Below, piece by piece: positions 48,923 to 61,200 of a stretch of 64,000 nucleotides of DNA (the stretch's first letter is position 1; every line of letters begins with the position of its first letter). This DNA is from Ostreococcus lucimarinus. Lineage: Eukaryota. The DNA lies in assembly GCA_000092065.1 (NCBI GenBank), contig CP000593.1; one strand, given 5' to 3'. The notes under the pieces were generated by a model, which saw only the letters and a list, made by a program, of their open reading frames with translations, did not search any database and had not been told where the DNA came from. The position numbers and the translations under genes were made by a program.

Positions 48923-49390
48923 ATGTCGCCGCGCTCGAGCGCGATGACGCCGACGCCCGGTAAGCACCGACGGTCGCTGAGCACGCCCGTGGACGTGCTG
49001 GCGTCGAGCGCGCTGCAACGGGCGCTCGATCGCGCGCGGGACCGACACGGCGGCGACGACGCGCCGAGCCGAAGCGATTCGCTGTTCGGGGACGAGGACG
49101 CGATGGCGCACGCGATGGCGATCGATTTGGACGACGCGCCGCTGGACGTGCGAGAGCTGGCGATGCAGGATCCGAAGCGAGCGAAGAGGATTTTGGCCAA
49201 CCGCCTGAGCGCGGCGCGGAGCAAGGAGCGAAAGACGCGATACGTCAAGGGGTTGGAAAAGAAACTGAACGAGCTGGAGGAGTGCGAGAGGACGTTGATT
49301 TTGGAGAGAGAAAGAATGGCGACGGCGGTGGCGACGCTGGCGGCGGAGAATAGCGCGTTGCAGATGATGATGGGGACGCCGGCGCGGTGA
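48923..49390 (+). CDS. bZIP transcription factor (small, plant-type basic region + leucine zipper)
   Basis: The basic region ..[30 protein letters not shown].. (N-x7-R signature) is followed by a heptad Leu/Ile zipper. Confidence 0.7.
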   Translation: MSPRSSAMTPTPGKHRRSLSTPVDVLASSALQRALDRARDRHGGDDAPSRSDSLFGDEDAMAHAMAIDLDDAPLDVRELAMQDPKRAKRILANRLSAARSKERKTRYVKGLEKKLNELEECERTLILERERMATAVATLAAENSALQMMMGTPAR

Positions 49391-49526
49391 GACAATCGGA
49401 GGGGAACGTCGAGACGAGGGGAATTTCGATGAAGAAATGTAATTTTACTGCAAGTGTACCGTACTGGACGACGCGCGTAAGAGCTAAGATGCGTTCTAAG
49501 CGCTCGCGGCGAGAGCGTGCGCGCGA

Positions 49527-50459
49527 TCATCCAAAGTGGCTAAAAAATTCGTAATCTGGGTGCACCGTCTTGCGCATGCGAAGCCAGGTGTAGGCGCCGT
49601 CCATGAGCTTGTTCATCCAGTCAGTGACGTCGTCGTTCGCGGCCCAGACGTCGCCTTGCATTTTGTACATCGATAATCCGAACGGGCGAAGGATGTGTGC
49701 GTGCGGTGCGGCGGTCGATCCGCCGCCCGCGCCCGCGTCGTCCGACGCAGACGCCCGCTCCTTCGCTCGCGCGGCGCGCAGCGCGAGCAAATCTTCCGAT
49801 AACATCGTCATCTCCGGCGGCAACGGACACGCGATGTCACCATCGCACAATTCTCCCGCGTACAACGCGTGATAGGTCAAGAAACACCCCTGCACGTCGT
49901 GTAACATCGTCCCTTGCGGTATGCGATAAATCGGATACCACGCCACGCTCATCCAACTACTCGGCGCCAAGTCCGCGCTCGTCATCGTCCTCAACTCCGC
50001 CCGCTCATCTAGTATCAAATCAATTATCTCTCGAAACGGCGCTCTCGAGTACGGCGACGCCTTTTCAAAGAATTCATAAATCAATCTCGTCCCCGTTCCG
50101 ACTCGTCTTCGTCTCGCGCCGTCCTCGCCGTCCTCGCCGTCCTCGCCGTCCCCGCGCACGAACAACTGCATTCCGGACAAAAACGGCACGTAATACTGCG
50201 ACACGCACGGTTGGCCGTCTTGCAAGCGCAGCGGGACCTCGGCGCCGAACGCGCTCGGCTCGGTAAACGCGTCCCAAAGCTCGGATAAGGCGAAATCTCG
50301 ACTCGACTCGGCGCGCGACGAGAAAACGGGCGCGGACGACGCGACGAAGGCTTCGATGTTCGCCATCTCGTGCGTCGACGCGAGGTCGAGCGCGGGAGGC
50401 GCGCCGGCGTCGACGCGCGCGGCGGGCGTGCGCGGGACGTCCGCGTCGGGGGCGGACAT
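49527..50459 (-). CDS. DUF789-family protein (plant/algal protein of unknown function)
   Basis: The hallmark ..SWMSVAWYPIYRIPQGT.. motif and overall layout match DUF789, recalled from memory. Confidence 0.55.
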   Translation of the reverse strand: MSAPDADVPRTPAARVDAGAPPALDLASTHEMANIEAFVASSAPVFSSRAESSRDFALSELWDAFTEPSAFGAEVPLRLQDGQPCVSQYYVPFLSGMQLFVRGDGEDGEDGEDGARRRRVGTGTRLIYEFFEKASPYSRAPFREIIDLILDERAELRTMTSADLAPSSWMSVAWYPIYRIPQGTMLHDVQGCFLTYHALYAGELCDGDIACPLPPEMTMLSEDLLALRAARAKERASASDDAGAGGGSTAAPHAHILRPFGLSMYKMQGDVWAANDDVTDWMNKLMDGAYTWLRMRKTVHPDYEFFSHFG

Positions 50460-50580
50460 CGCGACGCGAGGCGCGCACTGCGGCGCGGCGCGAGGCGACG
50501 ACGAGAGAAGACCGAGCGGAGCGTCGAGATCAAGTCGCGGTTCGCCGCGCGAGTGATAATTACACTGATGATAACATTCT

Positions 50581-51522
50581 TCACGAAGACGCGGCGGCGG
50601 TCGCGACGGCGGCGTTCGGGGCGAGGAGAAGCCTGACTTTGGCGTACGAGCTCGCCGCGCGCACGAGAAACGAGGCGACGCGCAAGAGTTTCGGTAATCC
50701 GCTCGTCACGCCTTCCCTGCGCTCTTCGCGCCCGGCCCAGATGCGAACCTCGCTGTGGGCGACGAGCAAGGCGAGATTTCCCGCGCTGCTCGCGCTCCGC
50801 GGCAGGGATACGCCCTTTCGTCGTAACAACGCGTTCGCCGCGCTCTGAATCCACGCGCGCGAGTACTCGTTCAACCGATCCCTCGCTCGGAACGAAAACC
50901 AAAACCTCGGCCCGCGTCGCGCCTCCTTGCTCCAAATTTTCGATTCGTACGTGTAATTCGCGTGACACACCCTGCACTGCGTCTCGCGCGCGCCGCGCGT
51001 TTGATAACTCACGCGCTGCCATCGTCGTAGGCACCTCTTGTGCACGTACGCCTGCGACCCCGCGCACGCGCACGGCTCGATCAGCGTCCCACACTCGGAC
51101 CCCGTGAAACAAAACCTGCACGTCCCCTCCGACGCCTTCTTCGCCGACGCGACGCTCGGCGACGTCTCCACCGCCGCCGTCGCCGTCGTCCCGCTCGTCG
51201 TCCCGCTCGTCGTCCCGCTCGCCGTCCCGCTCGCCGCGCTCGCCAGCTCCCTCGCGCTCGCGCTCCTCGACAGCCGTCCCATCGCCGCGCGTCCGCTCGG
51301 CGACATCCGACGCGCGTTTACCTCTTCCGCACCGCGCGCCGGCGTCGCGCTCGCATCGCTCGCGTCGCTCTCGTCGTCGTCGTCGTCCTCGCGCGCCTCC
51401 TCGTCGTCGCTCGAGCTCGTCTCCGCCTCGCTCGCGCTCGCGCGCGCGCGCGCCTCGGCCTCGTTCGCGCGTCGGTGCGCCTCGAGCAGGGCGAGCCCGG
51501 TGAGAATCACGGGCGAGCTCAT
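50581..51522 (-). CDS. RING-CH (MARCH-type, RINGv) zinc-finger protein, putative membrane-associated E3 ubiquitin ligase
   Basis: C4HC3 RING-CH motif: CRFCFTGSECGTLIEPCACAGSQAYVHKRCLRRWQRV..CRVCHANY. The ATG is at 51522. The longer ORF to 52587 is antisense to the WOX gene. Confidence 0.65.
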   Translation of the reverse strand: MSSPVILTGLALLEAHRRANEAEARARASASEAETSSSDDEEAREDDDDDESDASDASATPARGAEEVNARRMSPSGRAAMGRLSRSASARELASAASGTASGTTSGTTSGTTATAAVETSPSVASAKKASEGTCRFCFTGSECGTLIEPCACAGSQAYVHKRCLRRWQRVSYQTRGARETQCRVCHANYTYESKIWSKEARRGPRFWFSFRARDRLNEYSRAWIQSAANALLRRKGVSLPRSASSAGNLALLVAHSEVRIWAGREERREGVTSGLPKLLRVASFLVRAASSYAKVRLLLAPNAAVATAAASS

Positions 51523-51816
51523 CGCCGACGCGCGCGGCGTCGCGCTCTGCCGCGCGCGTCCGCGTCGCCGCGAAACCGAAAGGTCGAGGCGAAGGGTCGT
51601 TGGCGTCGACCGCGCGCTTCGGCGCGTCGCGCGCGCGCGCGAGCGGCGCCGACCGCCGCGACGCGCGATCGATCGTCGGTTCGCGCGCGCGGGCGCGCGG
51701 CGGCGCGCGGCGCGCGGGCGCGGCGTCGACGATCGATCGCGACGGCTCGGGACACGGCGACGCGACGACGCGCGAGGACGACCGCGCGAGCGACGGCGCG
51801 CGCGAGGACGACGGCG

Positions 51817-52623
51817 ATGGACGGCGGTGAAGTCGAGGCGGCGGCGCGCGCGCGCGAGGGCGACGCCGCGGGCGAGGCGGGACGCGACGGCGACGACGAG
51901 GGCGCGAAGGCGATGAACGCGACGACGACGACGACGGCGACGACGGGCGGCGACGACGACGACGGCGCGACGGCGAACGCGACGGCGGAGGACGCGCGCG
52001 CGATGCCGCACAACGCGGCGACGGTGACGCGGCCGGGAGAGGGGAAGGCGCCCCCGCGCGGGGCGGCGGTGCACATGACGGAGCGACAGTTGTACGCGTT
52101 TCGGCAGCAGATCGCGGCGTACGCGCACATATGTCAACAGTTGTTGCAGATAACGACGGTGAGCGCGACGCAACAGACGCCGAGACAGCGTGAGGCGAGG
52201 TACGAGGTGCCGGGATCGGCGGGCGCGCACGCGGGGGCGAACGCGAGCGCGCAGGCGTTCGCGGCGATGGCGGCGAGCGGGACGGCGAACGCGCAGCAGA
52301 GAAAGACGTACGAGGAGGGACAGCGCGTCGGACGCGGGGAAGATAAGGGCGTGCGAGGACCGAGATGGAGTGGAACGCCGGATCAGTACAAGATTTTGGA
52401 GGATTTGTTCTTGGCGGGCGAGCAACCGCCCGTGCGAGCGAGATTGACGGAGATTACGAAGCGGCTGCAAGAACACGGGCCCATTCAAGAACACAACGTG
52501 TACAATTGGTTTCAAAACCGACGGAGCAGGGAAAAGAAAAGGTTGGCGGAAGAACGCGCGTCGAACGATGCGGCGCTCGACAATCAACCGCTCGCGTCGC
52601 GGTACGGCGTGGGCGAACGATGA
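51817..52623 (+). CDS. WOX: WOX-family (WUSCHEL-related) homeobox transcription factor; also carries a QLQ-like motif upstream of the homeodomain
   Basis: The homeodomain ..RWSGTPDQYKILEDLFLAGEQPPVRARLTEITKRLQEHGPIQEHNVYNWFQNRRSREKKR is collinear with the WUS/WOX HD (..RWTPT.EQI.IL..LY......P....I..I...L...G.IE.KNVFYWFQNHKAR..). The QLQ-like stretch is ..TERQLYAFRQQIAAYAHICQQLLQ... The start is set at MDGGEVEAAA (51817). Confidence 0.7.
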   Translation: MDGGEVEAAARAREGDAAGEAGRDGDDEGAKAMNATTTTTATTGGDDDDGATANATAEDARAMPHNAATVTRPGEGKAPPRGAAVHMTERQLYAFRQQIAAYAHICQQLLQITTVSATQQTPRQREARYEVPGSAGAHAGANASAQAFAAMAASGTANAQQRKTYEEGQRVGRGEDKGVRGPRWSGTPDQYKILEDLFLAGEQPPVRARLTEITKRLQEHGPIQEHNVYNWFQNRRSREKKRLAEERASNDAALDNQPLASRYGVGER

Positions 52624-52693
52624 ACGACAAAGCGCGCGAGGTGTAATACGTAGCTACATACTTTTGCGAATAATATTAAATCGAATCGTCTGC

Positions 52694-53476
52694 TCAGTCG
52701 AGTTGCCCGCGGCGGCGCAATCGAAGCGTGATCTCTTCCAACCTTTCGCTCGCCGTGGGGTTGTTCGGCGACAACACTAAGCTCTCCTCGTAGCACTTGA
52801 TCGCTTCCTTGAGCTCCTTCTTCTTCTCGTACGCCTCGCCGAGATTGTTCCACGCCGTGACGTAGCCAGGCTGTAACGCCACCGACTTCTTAAACTCCAC
52901 GATCGCGTCATCAATCTTATCGGTATTGGAGTATCCAAACCCCAAAGCGTTGTGCACCAACGCCAAGTCCTGTTCGTCTCCGTCCCAGTTCTCCTCCGCC
53001 GCCTGCAAATTTCTCACCGCCTGCGTGAACACCTTCTTCCTCAACAAAATGCTCCCCATCTCGAAGTAATCCTCCGCGCTCGCGTTCCCCGCCCGTATTC
53101 TCTCACCCATTTTCTTCGCTTGGTCGTCCAACTCTCGACGAATCAGCACTTGTCGCACGACGATGAACCCGGCGCCGCCGAGGATCGCGAGCAGCGTCCC
53201 CAGGTAAAACGCCTGGATCCCTCCCTCGAGTTCCGCCGTCTGCGCGATCGCCCGCGCGTGCGCGACGTGCGTCGACGCCGAGGCGTAATCTATGTCACTC
53301 AGCGACACGCCGCGCGTCGCGTGCGTCGCGCCGCGTCGCGCCGCGACGACGACGCGCGCCGATCGTCGATTGGATAAAGTCGACGCCGGCGCGCTTCTCG
53401 CCGCGCCGGCGCGACGCGGCGGCGCGCGCGGCGGCGACGTCGAGCGCATCGCGAGCGTCGCTTCCGCGGCGAGCAT
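52694..53476 (-). CDS. TPR-repeat protein with transit-peptide-like N-terminus and one TM helix (probable thylakoid/plastid TPR protein)
   Basis: Three or four TPR units (..AEDYFEMGSILLRKKVFTQAVRNLQAA.., ..ALVHNALGFGYSNTDKIDDAIVEFKKSVALQPGYVTAWNNLGEAYEKKKELKEAIKCYEESLVLSPNN..) preceded by the hydrophobic helix FYLGTLLAILGGAGFIVV. Confidence 0.55.
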   Translation of the reverse strand: MLAAEATLAMRSTSPPRAPPRRAGAARSAPASTLSNRRSARVVVAARRGATHATRGVSLSDIDYASASTHVAHARAIAQTAELEGGIQAFYLGTLLAILGGAGFIVVRQVLIRRELDDQAKKMGERIRAGNASAEDYFEMGSILLRKKVFTQAVRNLQAAEENWDGDEQDLALVHNALGFGYSNTDKIDDAIVEFKKSVALQPGYVTAWNNLGEAYEKKKELKEAIKCYEESLVLSPNNPTASERLEEITLRLRRRGQLD

Positions 53477-53563
53477 CGTGGCGCGGGCGATCGAGCGCGC
53501 GCGAGGGTGTGGCGCTTCGCCGATCGCATCGCAGCGCATCGCGACCGCACTCGAACGCGCGCG

Positions 53564-54067
53564 ATGTCGCTCGCGATGACGACGCGCGCGCGAAGCGCGC
53601 CGGTGGTGGGCGTCGATGCGCGCAGACGACGAGGCGCGAACGCCGACGTCAAGGCGCGCGCGCGATGCGTCGCGCGAGCGTCGGAAGCGAACGATGACGA
53701 CGATGGCATCCAGCTCGGAACGGCGAAACTGCCGCCGACGTGCGATGAAACCGCGCTATGCGATGCGCTGTACCAGTGGGCGAGCACACTGACGAGCTCG
53801 GGGCAAAATTTGCCGTTCGCGCTGTCGCAGCGCGTGGATCGGACGAACGATGGGTTTGAGTTGGCGTTTTTGACGGCGGCGAAGAACGGCGCGCCGGGGG
53901 AGTTGGCGGCGGTAGGGGCGATCGCGGCGAGCGTTGAGGTCGCTGGACAAGAGAAGGTGTTGATGATACGTGGATATGGGAATGTAATGAATTTGGTGGA
54001 CACGCCTGTGGTGATGGGGGCGATGCCGGCGGCGATTCGACGCGCCGTCGCGATGTCTTCGGCGTGA
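53564..54067 (+). CDS. Hypothetical protein with S/T/R-rich transit-peptide-like N-terminus (MSLAMTTRARSAPVVGVDARRRR..), unknown function
   Basis: ORF 53507..54067. The start is placed at the internal Met to avoid overlap with the divergent TPR gene. Composition is coding-like, with no recognisable family. Confidence 0.35.
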   Translation: MSLAMTTRARSAPVVGVDARRRRGANADVKARARCVARASEANDDDDGIQLGTAKLPPTCDETALCDALYQWASTLTSSGQNLPFALSQRVDRTNDGFELAFLTAAKNGAPGELAAVGAIAASVEVAGQEKVLMIRGYGNVMNLVDTPVVMGAMPAAIRRAVAMSSA

Positions 54068-54189
54068 GTAAAGAGTTGGCGTCTTACGCGTTTGATTTGC
54101 GTCTTTTCGGCCGATATTCGCGGTCGTCGCTCTTGTACAGCGTTGCATAAATTAATTTTACATATTTAGATCGCGCGACGTCGCCGCGC

Positions 54190-54966
54190 CTACGCGCGCG
54201 GCCCAGGAACGATGCTATTATAGTGCACTTCTGCAAAGAAGGACAGCCATAAACTTCTCGGCGAATTCACATCGGCGCCCTCTTTTGGTGTAATCTCGAT
54301 GAAACCGTGCTCGGAGTACGAAGTTATGATGTTTATATCGACTCCGTACGCATCTGCCGCGGCTTGCAACGTAATGTGATCGCCCCACTCGCCCGCGTTT
54401 GACATTTTCTGGACGTATTCGTCGAAATCGAGAGGAGCGGCGTAAGGCGCGTAGTCGTCCGGATTTCGCACCAATCGATCGCAAACTGCCGCGCGGACGG
54501 CGTCGTGATTTTCTCCCCCATCCCGAAATAATTGATCACTGAGCGCTCGAAACTGACAGTTCCCATCGCCAGTGATGATTTTTTCCCGAACGCCGTAGAA
54601 GTCCAGACGCAACAGCAAGCGTGAGTGGTCAGCATCGACTACCGCCGATGCCGGTGGGCCTGTCGTAGATGCATCGACGACGAAATCGTTCAATTTCGGC
54701 ACGAACGCATTCTTTAACGCAGACCGCTCGCCGATGACGTCCACGAGACCGGCCTCGGCCTCCGCCACGGCGCGCGCGATGGCTCGGTCAAGTTCGCCGT
54801 CAACGTCCAAGACCAACTCCTGTGCATCACTCAAGCTCCTGGCGAGCGCCGCGTCGCGCTCAATTTGTGCGTCGATACTTGCGACGTCGCGTTCGTCGAT
54901 CGATAACGCCGCGGCGATGGCAGCGTCGTCGATGGTCGAGTCTTCACCGCGCTCATTCGTCCCCAT
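54190..54966 (-). CDS. OTU-domain cysteine protease (deubiquitinase)
   Basis: The OTU catalytic motifs DGNCQFRAL (Cys box) and ..AEVHYNSIVP (His box) are present, with ..EWGDHITLQAAADAYGVDINIIT.. between them. Confidence 0.8.
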   Translation of the reverse strand: MGTNERGEDSTIDDAAIAAALSIDERDVASIDAQIERDAALARSLSDAQELVLDVDGELDRAIARAVAEAEAGLVDVIGERSALKNAFVPKLNDFVVDASTTGPPASAVVDADHSRLLLRLDFYGVREKIITGDGNCQFRALSDQLFRDGGENHDAVRAAVCDRLVRNPDDYAPYAAPLDFDEYVQKMSNAGEWGDHITLQAAADAYGVDINIITSYSEHGFIEITPKEGADVNSPRSLWLSFFAEVHYNSIVPGPRA

Positions 54967-55203
54967 GGCGAGACAGTTACTCCGCGGTGGCGGCGAAGAA
55001 ATAGACGTCGCGCAGCGCTTCTAATACGTGACGATGCGAAACATTTCTTTCACCTCCACGTCGATGATTCGCGTCGCGGAGCGCGCGCGGACGGGGACGC
55101 GCGCGATGCAAAGTGAGGAGACGCGAGCAAGCGCGGGCACGGTGTTCGTATCAAAGCTTCGTATCAAAGGTCAGAGTCTTGATGCGCTCGGCGAACCGTC
55201 GTT

Positions 55204-58200
55204 TCACGACGTTGCACAGAACGCGGCGTCTTCGGTGAAGATGTTAGCGATGGTGACGTTCTGCTCAGGGAGCTGTAACGCCAAACCGTCGATGTGACGA
55301 ACGGTGAAGAGGGCGCTCGATGGACCGCCGACAATCCAGCACTCGGCACAGAGAGAGATATCGCGGAACGTGAGCTCGACGCCGGCCTCGACAACTTTAG
55401 CTTCGACGTAGACGCCACAGCCATTGTCATCGCTTGATGGTGGTCCATCGCGAGATCGCACGCCGACGAAGATGCAATCGACGATGAAGTCTTCTGGAGG
55501 CGCGACAATCGGAGCTTCGTTCGCAGCAACGACGATTCTCTCAAATGGAAGCATCACGGCGACACCATTCAGGCAGATTTGATCGCTCACGCGTCCAAAA
55601 TTGATCGCTGTTCCTGTAACGACAGCTTGAGAACCACCTTCGCCGCGTAAGAGCTGGAGACTCAAGCGTGCGTCCGTCTCGCGTAAACGCTCTGGCGCGG
55701 ACTCCGTCGGACAAATCGTTGCGTCGTCGGGTGAGCACGTTCTCGAAAGTCCATCGACCGGAATCGGCGCCGGAGTCGGTGTGGATGGCGGTGCACCAGG
55801 AGGCAACTGTGCGCCCGGTATTACCGTAATCGTCGACGCTGGGATCTGCACAGGGACACCAGGCTGAAGAGTGAAGTAAGTCGCGGAATCCGGAGCTGGA
55901 GGCGTGGGCGATGATTCTGTCGGAGGCGTAGGCGTAGGCGTTGGCGTAGGCGTTGGCGAAGGCGTTGGCGTAGGCGTTGGCGAAGGCGTTGGCGAAGGCG
56001 TTGGTGAAGGCGTTGGCGAAGGCGTTGGTGAAGGCGTTGGTGAAGGCGTTGGTGGTGGTGATGGCGATGGTGGAGACCTTTGCGTAGGAAACCATCCGCT
56101 CGTCCAAGGAACGTCCGGACCTCGATCCCATGCGGCAATTTCCGTAGGTCCACGCTCCGCGGTGTATCCACCGCCAATCGCCCGTTTCAACCAACACGAG
56201 TGATATGCAAAGTCTTTGCAATCGCCGGTACAGTAAACCCACGTATCACAGTCGCGCGTTCGAAAGCATGCTTGGCAACACGCCTCTTCGGTATCGACGA
56301 TGAATTTTGAGCCATCGCGAAGAAGTATGCCTTTGAGGTTCAATCCTTTTTCGCCGTTGCACACGAGACCGTTTACCGGTGTTGGCGTCATCGGAGGTGA
56401 AGTCGGAAGCATCGCAATTGGCTCAACGAGTTGTCCTTGTATGTCTCTTCGACAAGTGGGGTTTCCAACCGATGGCCCAACGTAATCAAAACGCGCGCCC
56501 GAAAGCGATACAACGCGAAACAAGGTCTCATTGTCGCCCTGGAGTTTGCATCCAGCACACAGCGTGACGTTCGACAGGGAGACTTCGAGCAAAGTAACTT
56601 TCGGCAGTGGTCGTCCACTCGCCTCGTTGAAGACGCCGTCGGGTGCGTACGATGCCATGCGGAATTGAAGCCCTGCACAAGGTTCGAGGCTCGGAGTGCG
56701 AGATTCGCCGTTCACGACGGTTATCATCAAACACTCAATGGCGTACTCGTCGAAAGGATTTTGAACTTCTCTCCACGTACCGTTGATGTCATTTACCCAC
56801 GAACTCAGCACGATTGGGATGTTGACATCAATCAACCGAATCGCACCACCGTCGTTGTTTACTCCAATCGAGCCGCGGAAATCATAGCGGTTGAATGGCG
56901 CGACTCGGAAGTCGCCACCGACGTCGACGCGTTCACCAAACCACGACAGCGAGGCTTGAACGCGTGGAAGGACATCGAGACAATCCACGGGGCGTCCTCC
57001 ATCTGAGGTTTCGCCGTCGAAACCGTCGCGAAAAGATGGACGTGCGTATTGCGTCAAATTGAAGCCAGCGAGCGGTCGTAACGGCGCGATCGATGGTGTG
57101 ATGTCTGTGCGATTTGCGTCGCCAAACTGGTCTTGATCTGGAAAGAAGGGAATGCCACCAAAGAACTGTAGCAATTTGCGTCGTGAATCGTTAGGAGGAC
57201 TCTCGAATACGTCTGTCCAACTACCTCCGACATCGCATTGAAGCGCTCGAATCGTTGGCGCGAGTGCGTCGAGTGTCGCCTCTGATTCATGCTTTGCGGT
57301 GAACAGTTTACCATCTTGAACACGTCCCGTGATGGCGGCATCCGGAGGAATCGTCAAGTTTGCAAGTGTTATTTTGATACCGGCGATACTTTCTTCAATC
57401 GTCGCGCGATCGCACAGCGTATCATCTAGGACTTCTCCGCGAGCGGATATGAGCGAGAGTCCAGCGCATTCCACAGATGGAACGCTCAAAGCATCAACGA
57501 ATTCATTCATGTTACCTTCCCGACGTCGATAGCCAATCACGACCGTGACTTCAGGAACACGAATTGTGCTATTCGCGCAACAACCGATTGCGCCGAGAAC
57601 GTCGTAATCGGTCGAGTTTGGCCGCGAGGCGACGACGAGAAAGTTCTTCAGTTCTCGGACCGGATCGCACTCGCTGCGTCCAGGCGTGTCGCTTGGAATC
57701 ACTTGACCGTTTTCAACGACAACACCGTATCCTTCAAGCGGGCGTGTAATGGGTGGAGTGTCCGTTCCGATCGGAATCGTCGGATCGGTGTCATTTCCGG
57801 GCCGTTCAACGACGATGGTTTGAACCCCTAATTCCTCGGAGAGCGCCGGGCAGGCTTCCGTCAAATTGAACCCGCATCCTAGCGGCGTGAACCCAACAAT
57901 CTCTCGCAAGAACATGACGTTATCGTCGGTGATGAGTGTGAAATCATCGCACAGACAGCTTTCGTTGTGCAATCGAGCTGCAGCGCCGCAGCACGGTGCA
58001 AAATCAGAGATGCGTGGTATCACTCCGACATCGTTTTGCTGAATCGCGCTGCAGTATTTCCGCGTCACGTCAATCGTATCGGCGCAGGAGATGTCATCTC
58101 GCAACGCGCCACCATCGTCAACAATGCGCTCCCACTTTTCGTCGGGGATGACGAACTCGGGTACCGCAGTCGGAGTGCTCAAGAATTGCGTCAAAAGCTG

Positions 58201-61200
58201 CTGATCCTCGCACACGTCACCGACTTTGATTCTAAAACCGCACGCAAGAGGCGTAAATGCTGAAAGTTCACCTACGGACGGGCGGATGCCTTCGAAACTT
58301 TGAATGAACTCTGGAACGCAGAAACATCCAGCTTCATCCAAGTCGCTCAGCGCAACGCAACAACTCGGGAACGAAGCAGGGTTCGGACCACTGATGGTCG
58401 CAGTTTCAAATCCCACGCACAGTTCTTCGACACGTGGGATATTCGACACGCACAACGATGTGAGCTGCGAGTATTCCGAAGTCGGTACGAGAGCTATGAC
58501 ACGAACAAGGCGTTCTGCGGAGACATCGCATCCACCTGAGTCACGCACTCGGTAATACACGCGATAAGTGCCGACACGACTGGTGTCCACTTCGCTTGTG
58601 TCTGCCTCGATTGCGTCTGAAATGTCACCGTCGAGTTCATCCGTCGCAACAGCCCCGGGGTCAACGTACAGCGAGTTGAGCAAGACTTCATTTTGCACTG
58701 CATTTGGTCCGCCGACGAGACGTAGCGTTGGGCATTCATCGACTGGAGGTGGTGGACTCGGCGGTGGCGGTGGAGGCGGCAACGGTGGCGGCGATGGTGG
58801 AGGGGGGCTTGGTGGCGGGGGGCTCGGCACTGGAGGCGGCGGTGGTGGACTCGGCGGCGACGGCGATGGGGGCGATGGGGGTGGTGGTGATGGGCTCGGT
58901 GGTAGAGGACTCGGCGGCGGCGGCGATGGAGAAGGCGGGCTCGGCGGCGGCGGCGATGGAAGCGGACTCGGCGGCGGTGGCGATGGCGGAGGTGGACTTG
59001 GAGGCGGACTCGGAAAGCAAGACAGGCCGGAAACGAGCTCAAGTCCAGAGTCACAGAGAGTCGGTGCAGTGATTTGAACGGTGCGAATCGCATCACCGAG
59101 TTCGTCGATGATGGCTGTATCGCAAAAGCAACGCTCGACGTTCATTCCCCTAACAATGTCGCAGCATGACGGATCGAAAGCTTCGTCATTTTCGATGCCA
59201 AAAATTGATCCACATCGACCTTGTAAATCCTGAAGAAGTCGGAGACAAGTAGGAAGAATCGGAGGGGATGGAGATGGCACCGCCACCGGCGGTGGAGGTG
59301 GCGGCGATGGAACTTCCACCGGCGGTTGCGGCGGAGGTGATGGCGATGGAACTTCCACCGGCGGTTGCGGCGGAGGTGATGGCGATGGAACTTCCACCGG
59401 CGGTTGCGGCGGAGGTGATGGCGATGGAACTTCCACCGGCGGTTGCGGCGGAGGTGATGGCGATGGAACTTCCACCGGCGGTTGCGGCGGAGGTGATGGC
59501 GATGGAACTTCCACCGGCGGTGACGGCGAGGGAGGTGATGGTGATGGAACTTCCACCGGTGGAGGAGGAGACGGTGAAGGTTGCACGATCGGAGGCGATG
59601 GTGGTGGTGATGGCATCATGACTTCAGCGCCGACTACGCCGCTTGTCCATGTCACGTTTTCCCCGCGTTCCCAAGCCGGCACCGGAATCGTTTCCACATC
59701 TTCTTTCGAAAGCTTCTTCAGCCAGCATTCGCCGAACTTGTAGTCGTAGTACTCGTTGCCACAGCCATCGATAGACGCGCAGAATACCCAAGCATTGCAC
59801 TTTTTCATTTTTTTGCACTCGGCGCAGCATTCGGTTTCGCTATCGACAACCAAGTCCGAGCCGCTATTCAACGGATGTCCCTTGTAATTGGCGTTTTCTT
59901 CTACTCGACACCCCTCAATCGACGGGACGGGTTCAGGAATTCGATCGACGAGCGAGCCACTGACCCAAGGAACGCCGTCGCCTCGCGCGATGGCTGGTGG
60001 TTTTTGAGGGTCGCCGCCGACGAGAAAAAGTTTCAACACACACGTCTGGTAAGCGAATTCGCCATCGCATCCGCTGACGTCATCGCAAAAGTTCCACACA
60101 GCACACGCTGGATCAGCGAGGCAAGCGTCGCAGCACGCGCTCCAAGAGACTGCGTTAACAATTGAAATCTGGATTCCGTCGTAGTTTGCGTTTGTCTCTG
60201 CTCGACATTCTTTGCGCTCGTTTGATGTATCAAACGGCACTGGCTCCACTTCTTTATCACGCAGCGCACCGGAGATATAAGTCGCGTTTGGTCCACGTTT
60301 GCCAGGAATGGTGTCTTGAGAAATGATTTCCGGTGCGGCGTACTTGAGTTCGCAGGATGAGTACGAATAAGCGAACTCCGATCGCCCGCATCCGTCGTTG
60401 GCGGTACAGAACGTCCACACGTTGCAGTTTGGATTTTCTCTACAGGCTAAGCAGCAAGCTTCGGGAGATGGAACCAAGAACAAACCAGTAGTGAGTGTAG
60501 ATCCTTCGTACTCTGCGTTTGCCTCCTCGTCGCACGGGCGGACGAGCTCCGCGTCAGTCGGCCCGTCGCCCCGCGGAAATCCAGCGCAAATCGGTTCGCG
60601 TAAACCATTCGGCGAAATTTCTGTGCTCGAGAAACCACGACCATCCGCGTACGAGAGATCGAGAACGACGTTGTTTGGACCACCGACGATGAAGCAGCCC
60701 GGGCACAGCACTAAATCATCACCAAAACTGAGTTCTACGCCTCGTTCGGTAACGACGGCTTTGCATGTTGCCGCGGCGTCGCTCATGGGTACCGATGAGA
60801 TCGGATAGACGATTTGCAACCCCTCGCACGCGGCTTGCAACTGAGACTGCTCGTAGTCTCCGCCGAGATCGATCGCGAACGTCACCTTTGACGCGTCAAG
60901 AGTGCTGCACGAGCGATGTCCGACGATGCCGCGAATTCGAGCGACGCCGTCTTCAATCTGAGACTCGAGAGTGCTGAAGACGACGTCGAGAAGACTCGGA
61001 CACGCACTCAGCATGATTTGAGCGTTTGGATTCCAGCCAAACGTTGACGTTGGTGCGACACTTACGATTGAGGATGCGGTGGTAAACGCGCTGGGATCGC
61101 ACGTGGGATCGAGCGCGCGCACCGATTCGGCGTCAAGCACGCGCGATTCGCGATCTCGAAAAGAAAACAAAAAGTTCGAGTATCCTCCGGCGAGGAACTC

